NCBI GenBank assembly: GCA_000708835.1
Contig: DF237318.1
Coordinates: 1 to 32,358 of the forward strand
Direction of reading: 5' to 3'
Length of the DNA stretch: 32,358 bases
DNA from: Klebsormidium nitens
Lineage: Eukaryota > Plantae > Klebsormidiophyceae
Shown here: one piece after another, positions 1-10,658 of the stretch
How positions within the stretch are numbered: the stretch's first letter is position 1
Layout: each line of letters starts with the position of its first letter
Program-made: the position numbers and the translations under genes
Notes under the pieces: model-generated
Told to the model about the DNA's origin: nothing
What the model saw: the letters and a program-made list of their open reading frames with translations, nothing else
Databases searched by the model: none

Positions 1-300
1 CACATGTGAAGTAGACAGGCAGCGTGTGACCCTGTCCAACCGTCACAAGAAGCTAGATCTTGTAAACAACAAAGGGATGCCACCTCTCAGACGTTTTCGG
101 ATTCTAAAATTGACGACCGACTCAAGCATTTCAAAGTACTCCCTAAGGGTATCATCGAGTAGTTACGACATCTTGGCGAGACTGCGGGGACATCGAGCTT
201 GTACCTTGAGAACCTGATAATAGACGCACTCGTATCCTTACCCCGTTCTGCTTTCCGCAAAGGAGGACTTCTGATCAGCTTCTCTTGTCCATACCCGCAG

Positions 301-3300
301 GCGGTGCGGGCCCTTCTGGCACAACAGATGACACCACGCAGTACGCCAAAGTCATAAAAGACGCCGGGTGCCAGGTCGCGGTGTCAAAGCTGCGGGCCTC
401 GTGCAGGCGCTTTCCACGTACAATCGCTCTCTTCCGCCGAAAGCAGTCCGGCCTAGAGGTACGGGTTTCGAACTTTGAATCCGGGAACTTGTAAACACAA
501 TGGTATATCACTCCTTTTTGTTAGGACCCCACCGGATGTATCCTCTGCACCTGCACTTATGGTAATTTTCTATCTAATTCCAACTACTGTAGTCTCTCTT
601 TCATCTGGCCCCACCCCACCTAGTCTCTGTCAAAGCTGACTAGAATTGTCATCTCCGGATACGAGTCTGGTTGGAAGCTTGTATCACCAACAAATTAACA
701 CTCTGAAGCCCCGCAACTGCAAAGCCTAGACTCCCAACGGTTTGAAAGTGAATATCCTCATACCCGTATGATCAAAACGAAAAGCGGACAGACCTAATGC
801 AGACTTGCAGTCTGTCGCTTTCATCTGCTCTCCGCCAGGACCGATTCACCAAATAAGTGGCGGCATAGGGCCCGGAGGAGGTCCCAACTCAAGGGCTCGA
901 TCTTTGGGTCGTCGAAGTCCGCAACATCACTTCTTCTCTCGCCACAGGTGAAAGTCGACATTCCAATCAAAACGTTCACGGCGGCACTGGAGGCAGCACA
1001 AGACGGTGACATCATTGAGCTGACGGGCGAGGTGGACCTGGCGTGGTTTAGCATAAACAAGGTAGTTGAGCATAAACCAGGTAGCTTTAGCATGACAAAA
1101 GAACTCCTTTCAGCAGATATGCTAGGCTGCTTGCTTCGTGCTTCGGTGACGGTTTTTGTTGTTCGCTTCCTTGATTTGGACGATTTTGCAGAGGCTCCAA
1201 GTACCCCGAGTGTTGGACAATGAGAAGGGATGCGAAGTCAGAGGTCGCCGCTACCTTGTCGAGCCAAGCAAGTGATGTTGCATCCTAGGGCCCGCTTTCA
1301 AGCCCCTGTATGTTGAAGGCGACTCAGGCATTTTGGTTAGCCAATGTTGTTCGTTGCGTTCTTGAACAAGTAAAACGCGCCCCTGTGTTGACCCCAGATT
1401 TGGTGCACAAGCCCTCAGAATACAAGCACGACGACCGGCACGTCTCGCGTGCTGAGGACCAAATTCGTTGCGCAAACATGTCCAGATCCTGAACCTGCAT
1501 CCGTAGCGTGTATGTTCCTGGTACATTCTCGTGAATCCCAGCTTCAAAGGGCGTTTGGCCACGTGTGCGTTGGCACAGTGAGTTGCTCAAATTCCGCAGG
1601 CGTTCGTTTCGAAGCCCCGTTGCTTGTAGCACAGTCCTCCATTCGTGCTTCCCACTCTCGCGCTAATGAAGACGTGGCGGCAACGTACAAGTAGTGCCGG
1701 ACGGTGCACTGGTTCCCGAATCTATTTGTTTGGTGATTGCAAGATTCTCTTGGCGAATCTGATCAACCAGCTAAAGCGACTGTGCTTATTCGTGTATCAG
1801 CGCGTCACGATTCGCGGCAAGCCCGACTTCCCAGCACTCATGTGCGATAAGTGGGAGGCCTTCTCGTCAAAGGGGCCGGGAGAACTGATGCCCTTCATCG
1901 AGGTATGTTCGCGTTCCTGTACTGGCTGACGAGCAACTTTGGAAGACTAGCTGGCGGTCGCGTTCAGTGATGCGTACGCTTCTGCTTCCCGATCCCTTGA
2001 GCTGCCCTCAATCCTTCGACTCGCGGTGCGGTCCCCAAAGTCAGGACTGAAAAGGCCTTGAAATTGACAGTGCTTCACCCGGCAGAGATGTTTATCAAGC
2101 CAGAGAAAGTTTCGCGGGCCAGTCGTCAATTGACTCGGATCTTAGAAAGGCTCCCATACTTGCATACGGTGTTGGGTCTGTCTGCCGACCTGCACGCAGC
2201 CTGCACGTCCACTCCCAATGCGGAAACCGTCTTCCAGTCGAACGACAAGTCCGCTTGCCAATATTGGTGAACGTTCGCCTGTCCTTGCGCAGATTCAGCC
2301 CTCCGCCTCGGGGCTCACTCTGGGCCCTGACCTCATCATCCACTCCTCGACCGACCGCCACCACGCCAACCAAACCGTGGCGGTCTTTGTAAGAGATGGC
2401 ACTAAAAACGTCGGTGAGCGCGGAAATTTTGGTGCACGTCAGTTCGTCGAACGCACGGAGTGACAGTGTTAGCTCTGCTTGGATCCCGGGTGTTGTACAA
2501 AGTCCAATGCCACTCTATAAACAGACTTCGTCACCCTACATTTTCCGTTCTTGGACGTCACCATGTTCGCATCCCCACCTTTCATTGACGTCATTACTTC
2601 TCCGTGGCAGCCTTTGCCCGCGTCATCTCTCTAAAAATCTAGACAGTCTGCCTAGTTTTGATGATGCCCGGAATGAAACGCCTATTTTGGTACTCTGTCG
2701 CCTATGTTCGCACCATCCGCTGACGTCATTCTCCTCAGTTCTCTAAGACGCAAGGTTAAGTTGGCAGTAACTGCTGATGTCGCATTTACTTTGGCCGGTC
2801 ACATTACCGTTCTCGGTTCGACACCCTCGGTTGACGTCTTTGTTCCTCTTTGGCAGCCTTCGAACACGTCACCACGTTGCCAATTCACCCTCCACTGCGC
2901 CGCCGTCCCCCTTGGCAGCCAAGTCTCCCCTTCTTCGGCTCTTCTTTCTGACGTCACATCTCCACTAAGCCGTTGACCACGTTGCCATGTTTCTTCCCAC
3001 GCTCTCTGCTGACGTCACCAATTCCCCTGGCAGTGTTTGACCGCGTCACCATCAACGGCGACGCTGCGCGCAAGAAGAAGAAGGCACTTGACAACACCGG
3101 CCGACAGGGGGGCTGTGGCGTGATCTTTGGTGACGGCGCGAGCGGCGAGATGCGGCAGTGCCGGGTGTTCCATCACGAGCTGTCGGGAGTCCAGGCCCGC
3201 CTGGGGGCTCGCGTGTCCATCCGTGACTGCGAGATATCGTCGAACGGGGGTAAGTTGCACGTCTCAGTGTCTTCAGATTCTAATTTATAGGTCTGAAGTG

Positions 3301-5455
3301 TGATTAGGTTTCTGGGATGCGTCAGCTAGTTGTAAGGGGGGTTTTTCGCTGCACCGCCGGTGACTGGTGGATTGCCTGCTTGTGTTGTTCCCTTCTCTTT
3401 TCCTTCTGTCCAACTCTTGAGTTGCCCGCAGCATCGGATCTCAGCCTTCCAGAAAATGGTGAGTCATTGCGTCAGTGCGTTCTTGCTATCCAGCCAGATC
3501 AATCGGAAGCTACCGACAAACCATTGTTTCCTATAACCTGGATATACGGCTTTCTTGGAGAGGGCTTTCCTTGCGAGACATCCTCAGCTTTGCCGGTCGA
3601 TCCATTTTCCTACAAAGCGCGGCTGAGGCCCGCTTCCTGCGGCGATAGAGACGGAGCACTCCTATTGGTGCAATTGCTTTTTTCCTTTCACAACAAGCGT
3701 GGTCGGGCTTCTGCAAACTCCTGACGTTCGATTCTCTTACGGAGCTGCGTCAGAGCAGATGATTGAGGAAATCCGCAATCTGTCCGCACCATTTCTGCGT
3801 GTTCCGCCAATCCGGGCAGTACGTTGTGCATCATGTGCGACCAGGAAGGGTGACGCACTTCTGTGGTTGCTTCTTGTGCGGCAGTGTCCTGCTAGCTTGC
3901 CAGTTTGTCGACTCGCTCACTTGAAGCATACGCGATTGCTGCAGATAGGGGAGTTTGGGCATACGGCGCTTCTGAGATGTCCGTGGACGGGTGCACGATC
4001 CGCGAGAACGGGCAGCAAGGCGTGGCCGTCAATGCGCTTCCGGCGACGATCACTCGGTGCCATATCTCGGACAATTACCTGGAGGGAATCCTGCTCGAGT
4101 GGCCGGACCAAGTATCGGGGCCAGGTGCGGTTTGTTATCACATATATAATAGAAGAAATTTCGGTGGAAGGGCCCAGTGCGACTGCCGTCACTTCTGAGG
4201 AACAGTCGCACTTAATGAGACTTGTCAGCCTTATGTAGATCCGTTGTGTCAGTCGGCGACGATCGGTGTCCAAGTATGCGCCCACTTCTTGCCAGGATGT
4301 CAGAAGGCTCAAACTGCATCAGAAGTGGCAGCTACATGTCGCTTTCGTGGGGTGTACGAGGAAAAGTCTCTTTCGGTCCGCCTTATGTCCTGGTAATGGT
4401 CGGTTGAAAGCATCTCAACATCGTTGTTCCTGGCATGCGGACCGTTTGATGCACCGTTTGAATTTGACGGATTTGTATTGGCAACGCAAAACCTGCCTGG
4501 TTACGTCAATCGCTGGCTTTCTTTATTGACACAATCTGGGATGCGCAAATCCGACTTCAGAACGAAGACATTAGCACGAATTCACTGCCTTGAACAGGTT
4601 TCGAGGATCCAATTGTCTTTACTGCTGCGTCATTTAATAACTGCTTCTCTTGATGATTGTGGGGTACCCCTATCTCTAACAAGCAGCCCAGACGGCTGTT
4701 TAACGAAGGCAAACGTCAGCAGCCAAAATTCTTTTTTTCTTTTCCAGATCAATCGGCAGCCAGGAGGCGTATCTGCGAGAAGGGACACGTGATCAAAGAC
4801 AACCACATTGTACAAAACGACTTCGGCATAGTGGTAGAAGACGGCGTGGCTGCGACTCTGGACGGGAACGTGGTTGAGCGGAACAAGGAGACTGGGGTCT
4901 ACTTCGATGAGGCACAGGGTCACCCAGGTTAGCCGCGGATTATTGTGCTCTGTTTATTGACTGACATGATAATAGCATCGCGTATCCGCTCATCAGATTG
5001 CAAATGGACAACTCGGGAAGCAGAGCGGCAGACTTGAACGATTCACGATCAAAAATCTGTCTTTTAAGCAACCTGTAGGACGTGCTCCATGCTCCTCGGG
5101 TGCTCCGAATCGCACGTTGAAGCAAATCAGCGGCTCTGAGCTCATTGAGGGCGATCATGGAGTTCGCTTCCAAGCAACCTTTACTCGCTCCTGTCCGACC
5201 AATCATTCGCCGCCTCCTACAAGATACTCTTTTTGAAAACGTGGTCTGTGCCGGTAGAGCTGTAATTTGCATCCTCGCCTTAGCAATCATTGCCACCGTG
5301 GACAAAACGGACGTACCTGTGGCCACGCTTTCTGTGGTTGGACGGCTCTACATTGACTGCAATCTCCTTCTGCAGACTTTCCCTGCCAACTTGAGCGGTG
5401 TCGCAGCGTCGTGCTTGGAAATATTGTGATCAAGGACAACCAGAAGGGCAACCTT
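301..5455 (+). CDS. Right-handed parallel beta-helix (pectin-lyase-like/PbH1 repeat) protein; multi-exon, 5'-partial, 3' end lost in assembly gap
   Basis: Phase-consistent GT-AG exon chain: 301-458, 948-1061, 1801-1902, 2293-2413, 3034-3249, 3945-4124, 4748-4927, 5376 to at least 5455. The spliced product has the usual beta-helix cap (TFTAALEAAQDGDIIEL..INKRVTIRG). It is followed by ~22-aa coils with Asn ladders: GVQARLGARVSIRDCEISSNG, GVWAYGASEMSVDGCTIRENG, GVAVNALPATITRCHISDNY, GHVIKDNHIVQND, GIVVEDGVAATLDGNVVERNK. The fold call is by motif recognition; the specific function is unknown. Confidence 0.85.
1047..1101 (+). repeat. ~19-nt tandem copies of a 5' splice junction (3 copies)
   Basis: ttagcataaacaag|gtagt, then tgagcataaaccag|gtagc, then tttagcatgacaaaag. 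The first copy is the real exon end at 1061. Confidence 0.7.
2560..3052 (+). repeat. Degenerate tandem array of a 3' splice region upstream of the exon at 3034
   Basis: The real site is tgacgtcaccaattcccctggcag|tgtttgaccgcgtcacc. Copies include tgacgtcattacttctccgtggcag|cctttgcccgcgtcatc (AG at 2610) and tgacgtctttgttcctctttggcag|ccttcgaacacgtcacc (AG at 2856). Weaker copies end near 2738, 2918 and 2969. Confidence 0.75.
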
Positions 5456-6399
5456 NNNNNNNNNNNNNNNNNNNNNNNNNNNNNNNNNNNNNNNNNNNNN
5501 NNNNNNNNNNNNNNNNNNNNNNNNNNNNNNNNNNNNNNNNNNNNNNNNNNNNNNNNNNNNNNNNNNNNNNNNNNNNNNNNNNNNNNNNNNNNNNNNNNNN
5601 NNNNNNNNNNNNNNNNNNNNNNNNNNNNNNNNNNNNNNNNNNNNNNNNNNNNNNNNNNNNNNNNNNNNNNNNNNNNNNNNNNNNNNNNNNNNNNNNNNNN
5701 NNNNNNNNNNNNNNNNNNNNNNNNNNNNNNNNNNNNNNNNNNNNNNNNNNNNNNNNNNNNNNNNNNNNNNNNNNNNNNNNNNNNNNNNNNNNNNNNNNNN
5801 NNNNNNNNNNNNNNNNNNNNNNNNNNNNNNNNNNNNNNNNNNNNNNNNNNNNNNNNNNNNNNNNNNNNNNNNNNNNNNNNNNNNNNNNNNNNNNNNNNNN
5901 NNNNNNNNNNNNNNNNNNNNNNNNNNNNNNNNNNNNNNNNNNNNNNNNNNNNNNNNNNNNNNNNNNNNNNNNNNNNNNNNNNNNNNNNNNNNNNNNNNNN
6001 NNNNNNNNNNNNNNNNNNNNNNNNNNNNNNNNNNNNNNNNNNNNNNNNNNNNNNNNNNNNNNNNNNNNNNNNNNNNNNNNNNNNNNNNNNNNNNNNNNNN
6101 NNNNNNNNNNNNNNNNNNNNNNNNNNNNNNNNNNNNNNNNNNNNNNNNNNNNNNNNNNNNNNNNNNNNNNNNNNNNNNNNNNNNNNNNNNNNNNNNNNNN
6201 NNNNNNNNNNNNNNNNNNNNNNNNNNNNNNNNNNNNNNNNNNNNNNNNNNNNNNNNNNNNNNNNNNNNNNNNNNNNNNNNNNNNNNNNNNNNNNNNNNNN
6301 NNNNNNNNNNNNNNNNNNNNNNNNNNNNNNNNNNNNNNNNNNNNNNNNNNNNNNNNNNNNNNNNNNNNNNNNNNNNNNNNNNNNNNNNNNNNNNNNNNN
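5456..6399. other. Assembly gap (944 N)
   Basis: Run of N in the sequence. The ORF-track entries spanning it are artefacts. Confidence 1.
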
Positions 6400-6534
6400 A
6401 GCGTGATGGATAACTGCCTCTGCAGAAAAGCAAAAAAGTGTAGGAGCCGCCAACCGCTGCTTCCAGGGTTGAGCAGTCAGTGACCGCCACGTCATTTCCC
6501 GCCCTTCTGCACTCCGTGCTGTGCTGTCTTACAG

Positions 6535-8700
6535 TTGCTCCTCTGAGGCTGTTTGGCGAAGCTGCAAAGGGGAGGTCCCATTCCAGTCCCTTCAGAAAAG
6601 ACATGGTGAGACACTAATCTGCTCATTGTCGTTTCTTCATCTGGTCAATCTGCTCATTGTTGTCTCTTCATTTGTCAAGCTGAGCAAGAGTTGTAGGGAT
6701 TCGCTTCTCACACAAGATGGCCGCAATCCTACACAATGCCTTCAGAAAACACGGTACATACATCAATCAGGACGTTCTTCTGGACTACCATCATTCTCCA
6801 GCTAGAGGCACTTGTACCAAACGCAATCGATCACATTGACGAAGTCAGTGAAAGCGATTTTCAGATTGGAAACCAAGTCTTCAAGCCAGACTGGGGAATT
6901 GTTGAACTAGTAGGTTTTCTTGTCCCAGCTCTTTGGGGTGAAGGACATTGGAAGAATAGTGCAGAGACACTAACGAGCTTCCCAGCAAAGCTTGTAGCAG
7001 TTTTAAACGCAGGCTGTAAGTTTGCGCATGGTGTGTACATCCATGCCAACTACAGCACCCCTGCAGACCGCGAGTTGACCTTCTTTGACTATGATAGCAC
7101 TGGGAAGAGGGACAGAATCGAATTTGGTAGGGGAAGTGCTTGCGTAGCCCCAAATATCCCCCAGTATCAGTTGAGGTATCGCGTAGCTGACCTGTTTCAC
7201 AATATGCCCCAGCCTTCCCAGAATCACGCTCAGCAGCTTATAACAATAGATCTCTTTCTGTTGCGACGTCGATTGCAGAAAAATTTGACCTGAGTGGTAA
7301 GTAATTGGTTTGGCCCTCCTTTGTCCATCTTGTCAGTGCCACTCAAATGTGCGATTCTGCTCTTACATGAGACTGGCAACACTGGAAACACAGATGCTGA
7401 CAAGTGTTTGTAGCCTGCCTTACAGGTGGGAATGGACCACAGAAATGAAAGGTACGTCCTTCTGCAGCAAATGCCATTAATCATTCTTAAGCTTGTTGTA
7501 CAGTCAATTCGTAGTGGCATTCAGAGAGTATACATTATTGGTGGTCAGCTTTTGTAGTGAAAGCAGCTCATCTGCTTGTACTGTGGTGCAGGCAAACATT
7601 GGTGCTACGAACCAGATCCATTGAGCGCGGTCAGCTGCAGACATGAAGCACATGCAAGCTCTCCCTCTGTATGATGAAAGCAACTGCATTCGTTGCCTCT
7701 CAGTGAGTGTCGATTTGTTTGGTACTTTTTTTGTCCCGCTGATCAGCTGATCAGGATTGTCTTCTTTGTCCGATCTGATCAAAGTCACTATCTGGTCTTC
7801 TGCAGGGGGGTCTCCAAGTTGTGCTAGCAGAGACATTGTAAAGTAAGTATCCCTGGACTCAATGGTATCACTCCCTGCTTGCAGAGCGCTTGTTCTGTCT
7901 GCCACTGCTTCCAAAGACATCCGCATGAGGGAAAAGCTTTCCAACCTTTGTTGTTCGCTTGTGCAGGGATGTTAATCCAGGGGGTGACTTCCAGGATCTA
8001 GATAGAGAGTTCACTGTCGCACGGAGGGCCGGCCTAGCTGTTGTAACCAGTGCTTTCCGTGAAGGATTTGACATCAGTGATGCTATGGACATTGCTACGG
8101 AGCGGAAAAAATCCCTAGGTCTTCATGGTGAGTTTGCTGTCAGAAAGTGAGCCTATAGTGGCTTGCCGGCTGCAGCAACAATGGCTTGCCGGGAGGGTAA
8201 TGCATCAGAATCTCTGCTCCTCCTGAGCCTTTCTAAGCAACTCAGTAGGTTCAGTATGCATCTTCTCTGAAGTTCCTTCTCAGCTGTCTCGGCACCAGCT
8301 TCAAAGTCTGATGCAGGTCTTTGTGTTTTTGTGTGCACAGCCTCAACAATGAGAGTCTTCCCTGTGCAAGAAGATTCGTTCAGCTATGACGCCCCAGCTT
8401 TCATTGTCATGGTTGCATCACCAAAGGTGGATAGATCTGCGCTTGATGTGAAAGGGGAGTCATTTCTTAGAGGCGGAACACTGGCTGGTGTTTTAATGAG
8501 ACGTGTCCAAGGGGAGAGCTGGGAGGCTCGCCCTTTTGGTGATGCATCTTGGAAGGATGGCGCAAGCTGGCAGGTAGGCCTCAGGTATTCTCCAATAAAG
8601 CCCTTCATGTATTGCCCTAGTAAATTAGGAGCATCGGCATTTATGTTCCTCGACTCTTCTCTTCTCCTTGAAGGACAACATCGAGTCCCCCAACTTTTGA
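6535..8700 (+). CDS. Hypothetical multi-exon protein with short introns; weak TerD-like motif near C-terminus
   Basis: Phase-consistent 3' chain: 7806-7842, 7967-8127, 8341-8573, 8674-8700 (TGA), giving ..SRDIVKDVNPGGDFQDLDREFTVARRAGLAVVTSAFREG..GTLAGVLMRRVQGESWEARPFG..DNIESPNF*. A second consistent chain is 6802 (or 6806)-7015, 7067-7126, 7213-7296. Probable upstream exons are 6535-6605 and 6697-6753 (two possible frames). The link across 7297-7805 and the start codon are unresolved; the start may lie in the gap. Confidence 0.55.
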
Positions 8701-10658
8701 TTCCAAGATACTCCGTTTTCCTTTCCTTTGGAAGGTGTCCTCACATGCTCGTCGTTGACCATATCAAGTCCTTGTGCAGATGTTGGGTGCCAACTCTGAA
8801 GTGGCAGTACCAATCAAAGCGCTTCTGCCCTCTCACAAAGGGGATGCTGCAGTGCACGTAAAGTTGTGCCAATTGCTTCTTCAGGCTGCAAACAAGACAA
8901 TCGAGCAATGCTCTCGACAATAGGATCGCCAAGTAAGGCCCTCGGCAATGGGACAAGACATTGGGAGCAGCATAGTGGTTAATCATAGATCATAGATCAA
9001 TCATATGGTCACTCTATTGCAGTCAAGGGCCCGCTCACATGATAAACCCACATGGAACTTTGGAGATCAAGCGCTTGCCCATACTGCAGACCATCAAGTC
9101 GTTTTCTAGCATGCCTTTCCTGTGCATTTGCAAACAACTCATGCGGTCTCATGCATACAGAGGTCAATATCCGTGAACGACACATATTCATATAACATTT
9201 CTTAGTTCCTTTCACAAGAGCAATGCTGCAGCCCCATCGATCCTTGCTGAAGAATGTTTGGAAAGCCAAAGAAGATGCATTAGTCTGCAATCAGAACCGC
9301 TGACCTGTACATTACGACCATATTTACTTACAGGCCCAGCCTTTCCATACCTTGCTGCACATATAAGGCAGACTAAGGTAGTCACTCACTCAATAAGCTC
9401 AAGGGCTCGTAGTGCAACATGAAGGCCATGCCTCTTCTATGTCTTTGCGAGCTCCGTCACACGCTTGAGCGAACACTAAGACTGGTGCGCCCGATTTTGG
9501 ACGAATTTGATTTTTGACGGCAAACCCGAAATCTAATTTCGGACTCAGTCAACTCAGTCTGCGGCTGCTCGTGCCCGTCGGTTCTCGTTGTCGCATTTCA
9601 AAGTACCATCAGGAGACAAGCCGCATGCGACAGCGTTACACACGCGCGTGTGCGGCCGCAGACTGCGTCAGATAGGTAGTTCGAATTTAACACTCGGGTT
9701 TGCCAATAAATTAAAATCGTTCCGCACCAGTCTCAGCCCTCTTTTGAGAGGTGGCCTGACTCAGAGGTCTGAGCGGGGTCTGAGCGAGCTCCACCTGGCA
9801 ACCCCCTGGTAAATAGGTGATTTTCCGAGTATATTGATTATTCCAGGTTCGAATGGACGCGCGGGTATTCCAAACATTTCTAAACAACCCCAGTTGGGGG
9901 AGAGACTTAGCCGAATCGGCCATCCGGGCAGCTACACGGCCAGGGGGACACGTGGCGCCCTGAGATTGGCGCTTTTTATGCCAACGATCAATTGGTTAGT
10001 TGGCGCTCGAGTGGTGTGGCAACCGTTGAAGTCCTGTACTTCGCATGACATCCAGGAGAAAGAGCGGTCCGTGACCGTTGGATTCTACGAGATGTCATCG
10101 ACGGTCGTAGCTTGGGAGATTGCTCGAAGACGTCCGACTGCGCGCGCCCATGCATCATTGTATGTACGCAGCCATATCGCGCTCAAAGCATGGCCAGGAG
10201 CCTCATACGCCGGTACAGAAGCCTGCCTATATGCCCTGAACCGTGAACGTTTTCATAAGCCTGGCTTGAGCCTGAGGCATGATTCTAAAATGCATTCGCC
10301 AGCTTGTTCAATTAACCCTGCGCTAGCTGCCATTAAAAGTAGGTTGAACACTCCGCGGCGACCAGACATGCGAAGGGCAACCCTGACTTGTTGATTAATT
10401 CAAGGACAGCGCGCCCCGTAAGGTTTACGCCCCGTGTTTACATGCTTTTTTTCAGATTTCATCAACGGCCTTCGATACTCGCTATGGACTTTCACCGCAG
10501 ATGGAACTTCGCTTTGCCTTATCTAGCCTCCTGCCATCATGTCGTCGCTTATCTGACATATTTTACGTCTGTCCTACTTACCGACCTGTTCGGCTTCTAG
10601 AACGTGACACTCGCCGTCGCACCGTCTTGCGCCGATCGACGCCCAACTGCTGAGCACT

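Noticed and set aside
5287-6604. Four long ORFs (331-418 aa) in the ORF track
   Set aside because: They are read-throughs of the 944-N gap, not real coding sequence.
6700-7300. Minus-strand frame with few stops, resembling a decayed transposon ORF
   Set aside because: It is the codon-aligned antisense shadow of plus-strand exons; no RT, integrase or transposase motifs seen.
9000-9480. Possible small minus-strand spliced gene (GTAAGT donor, TTGCAG acceptor)
   Set aside because: One required intron would be only 35 nt, and I could not build a continuous frame with a start; more likely UTR or intergenic.
9834-10394. 186-aa plus-strand ORF
   Set aside because: No recognisable motif, non-ATG start, no flanking splice support, and composition unlike the real exons.
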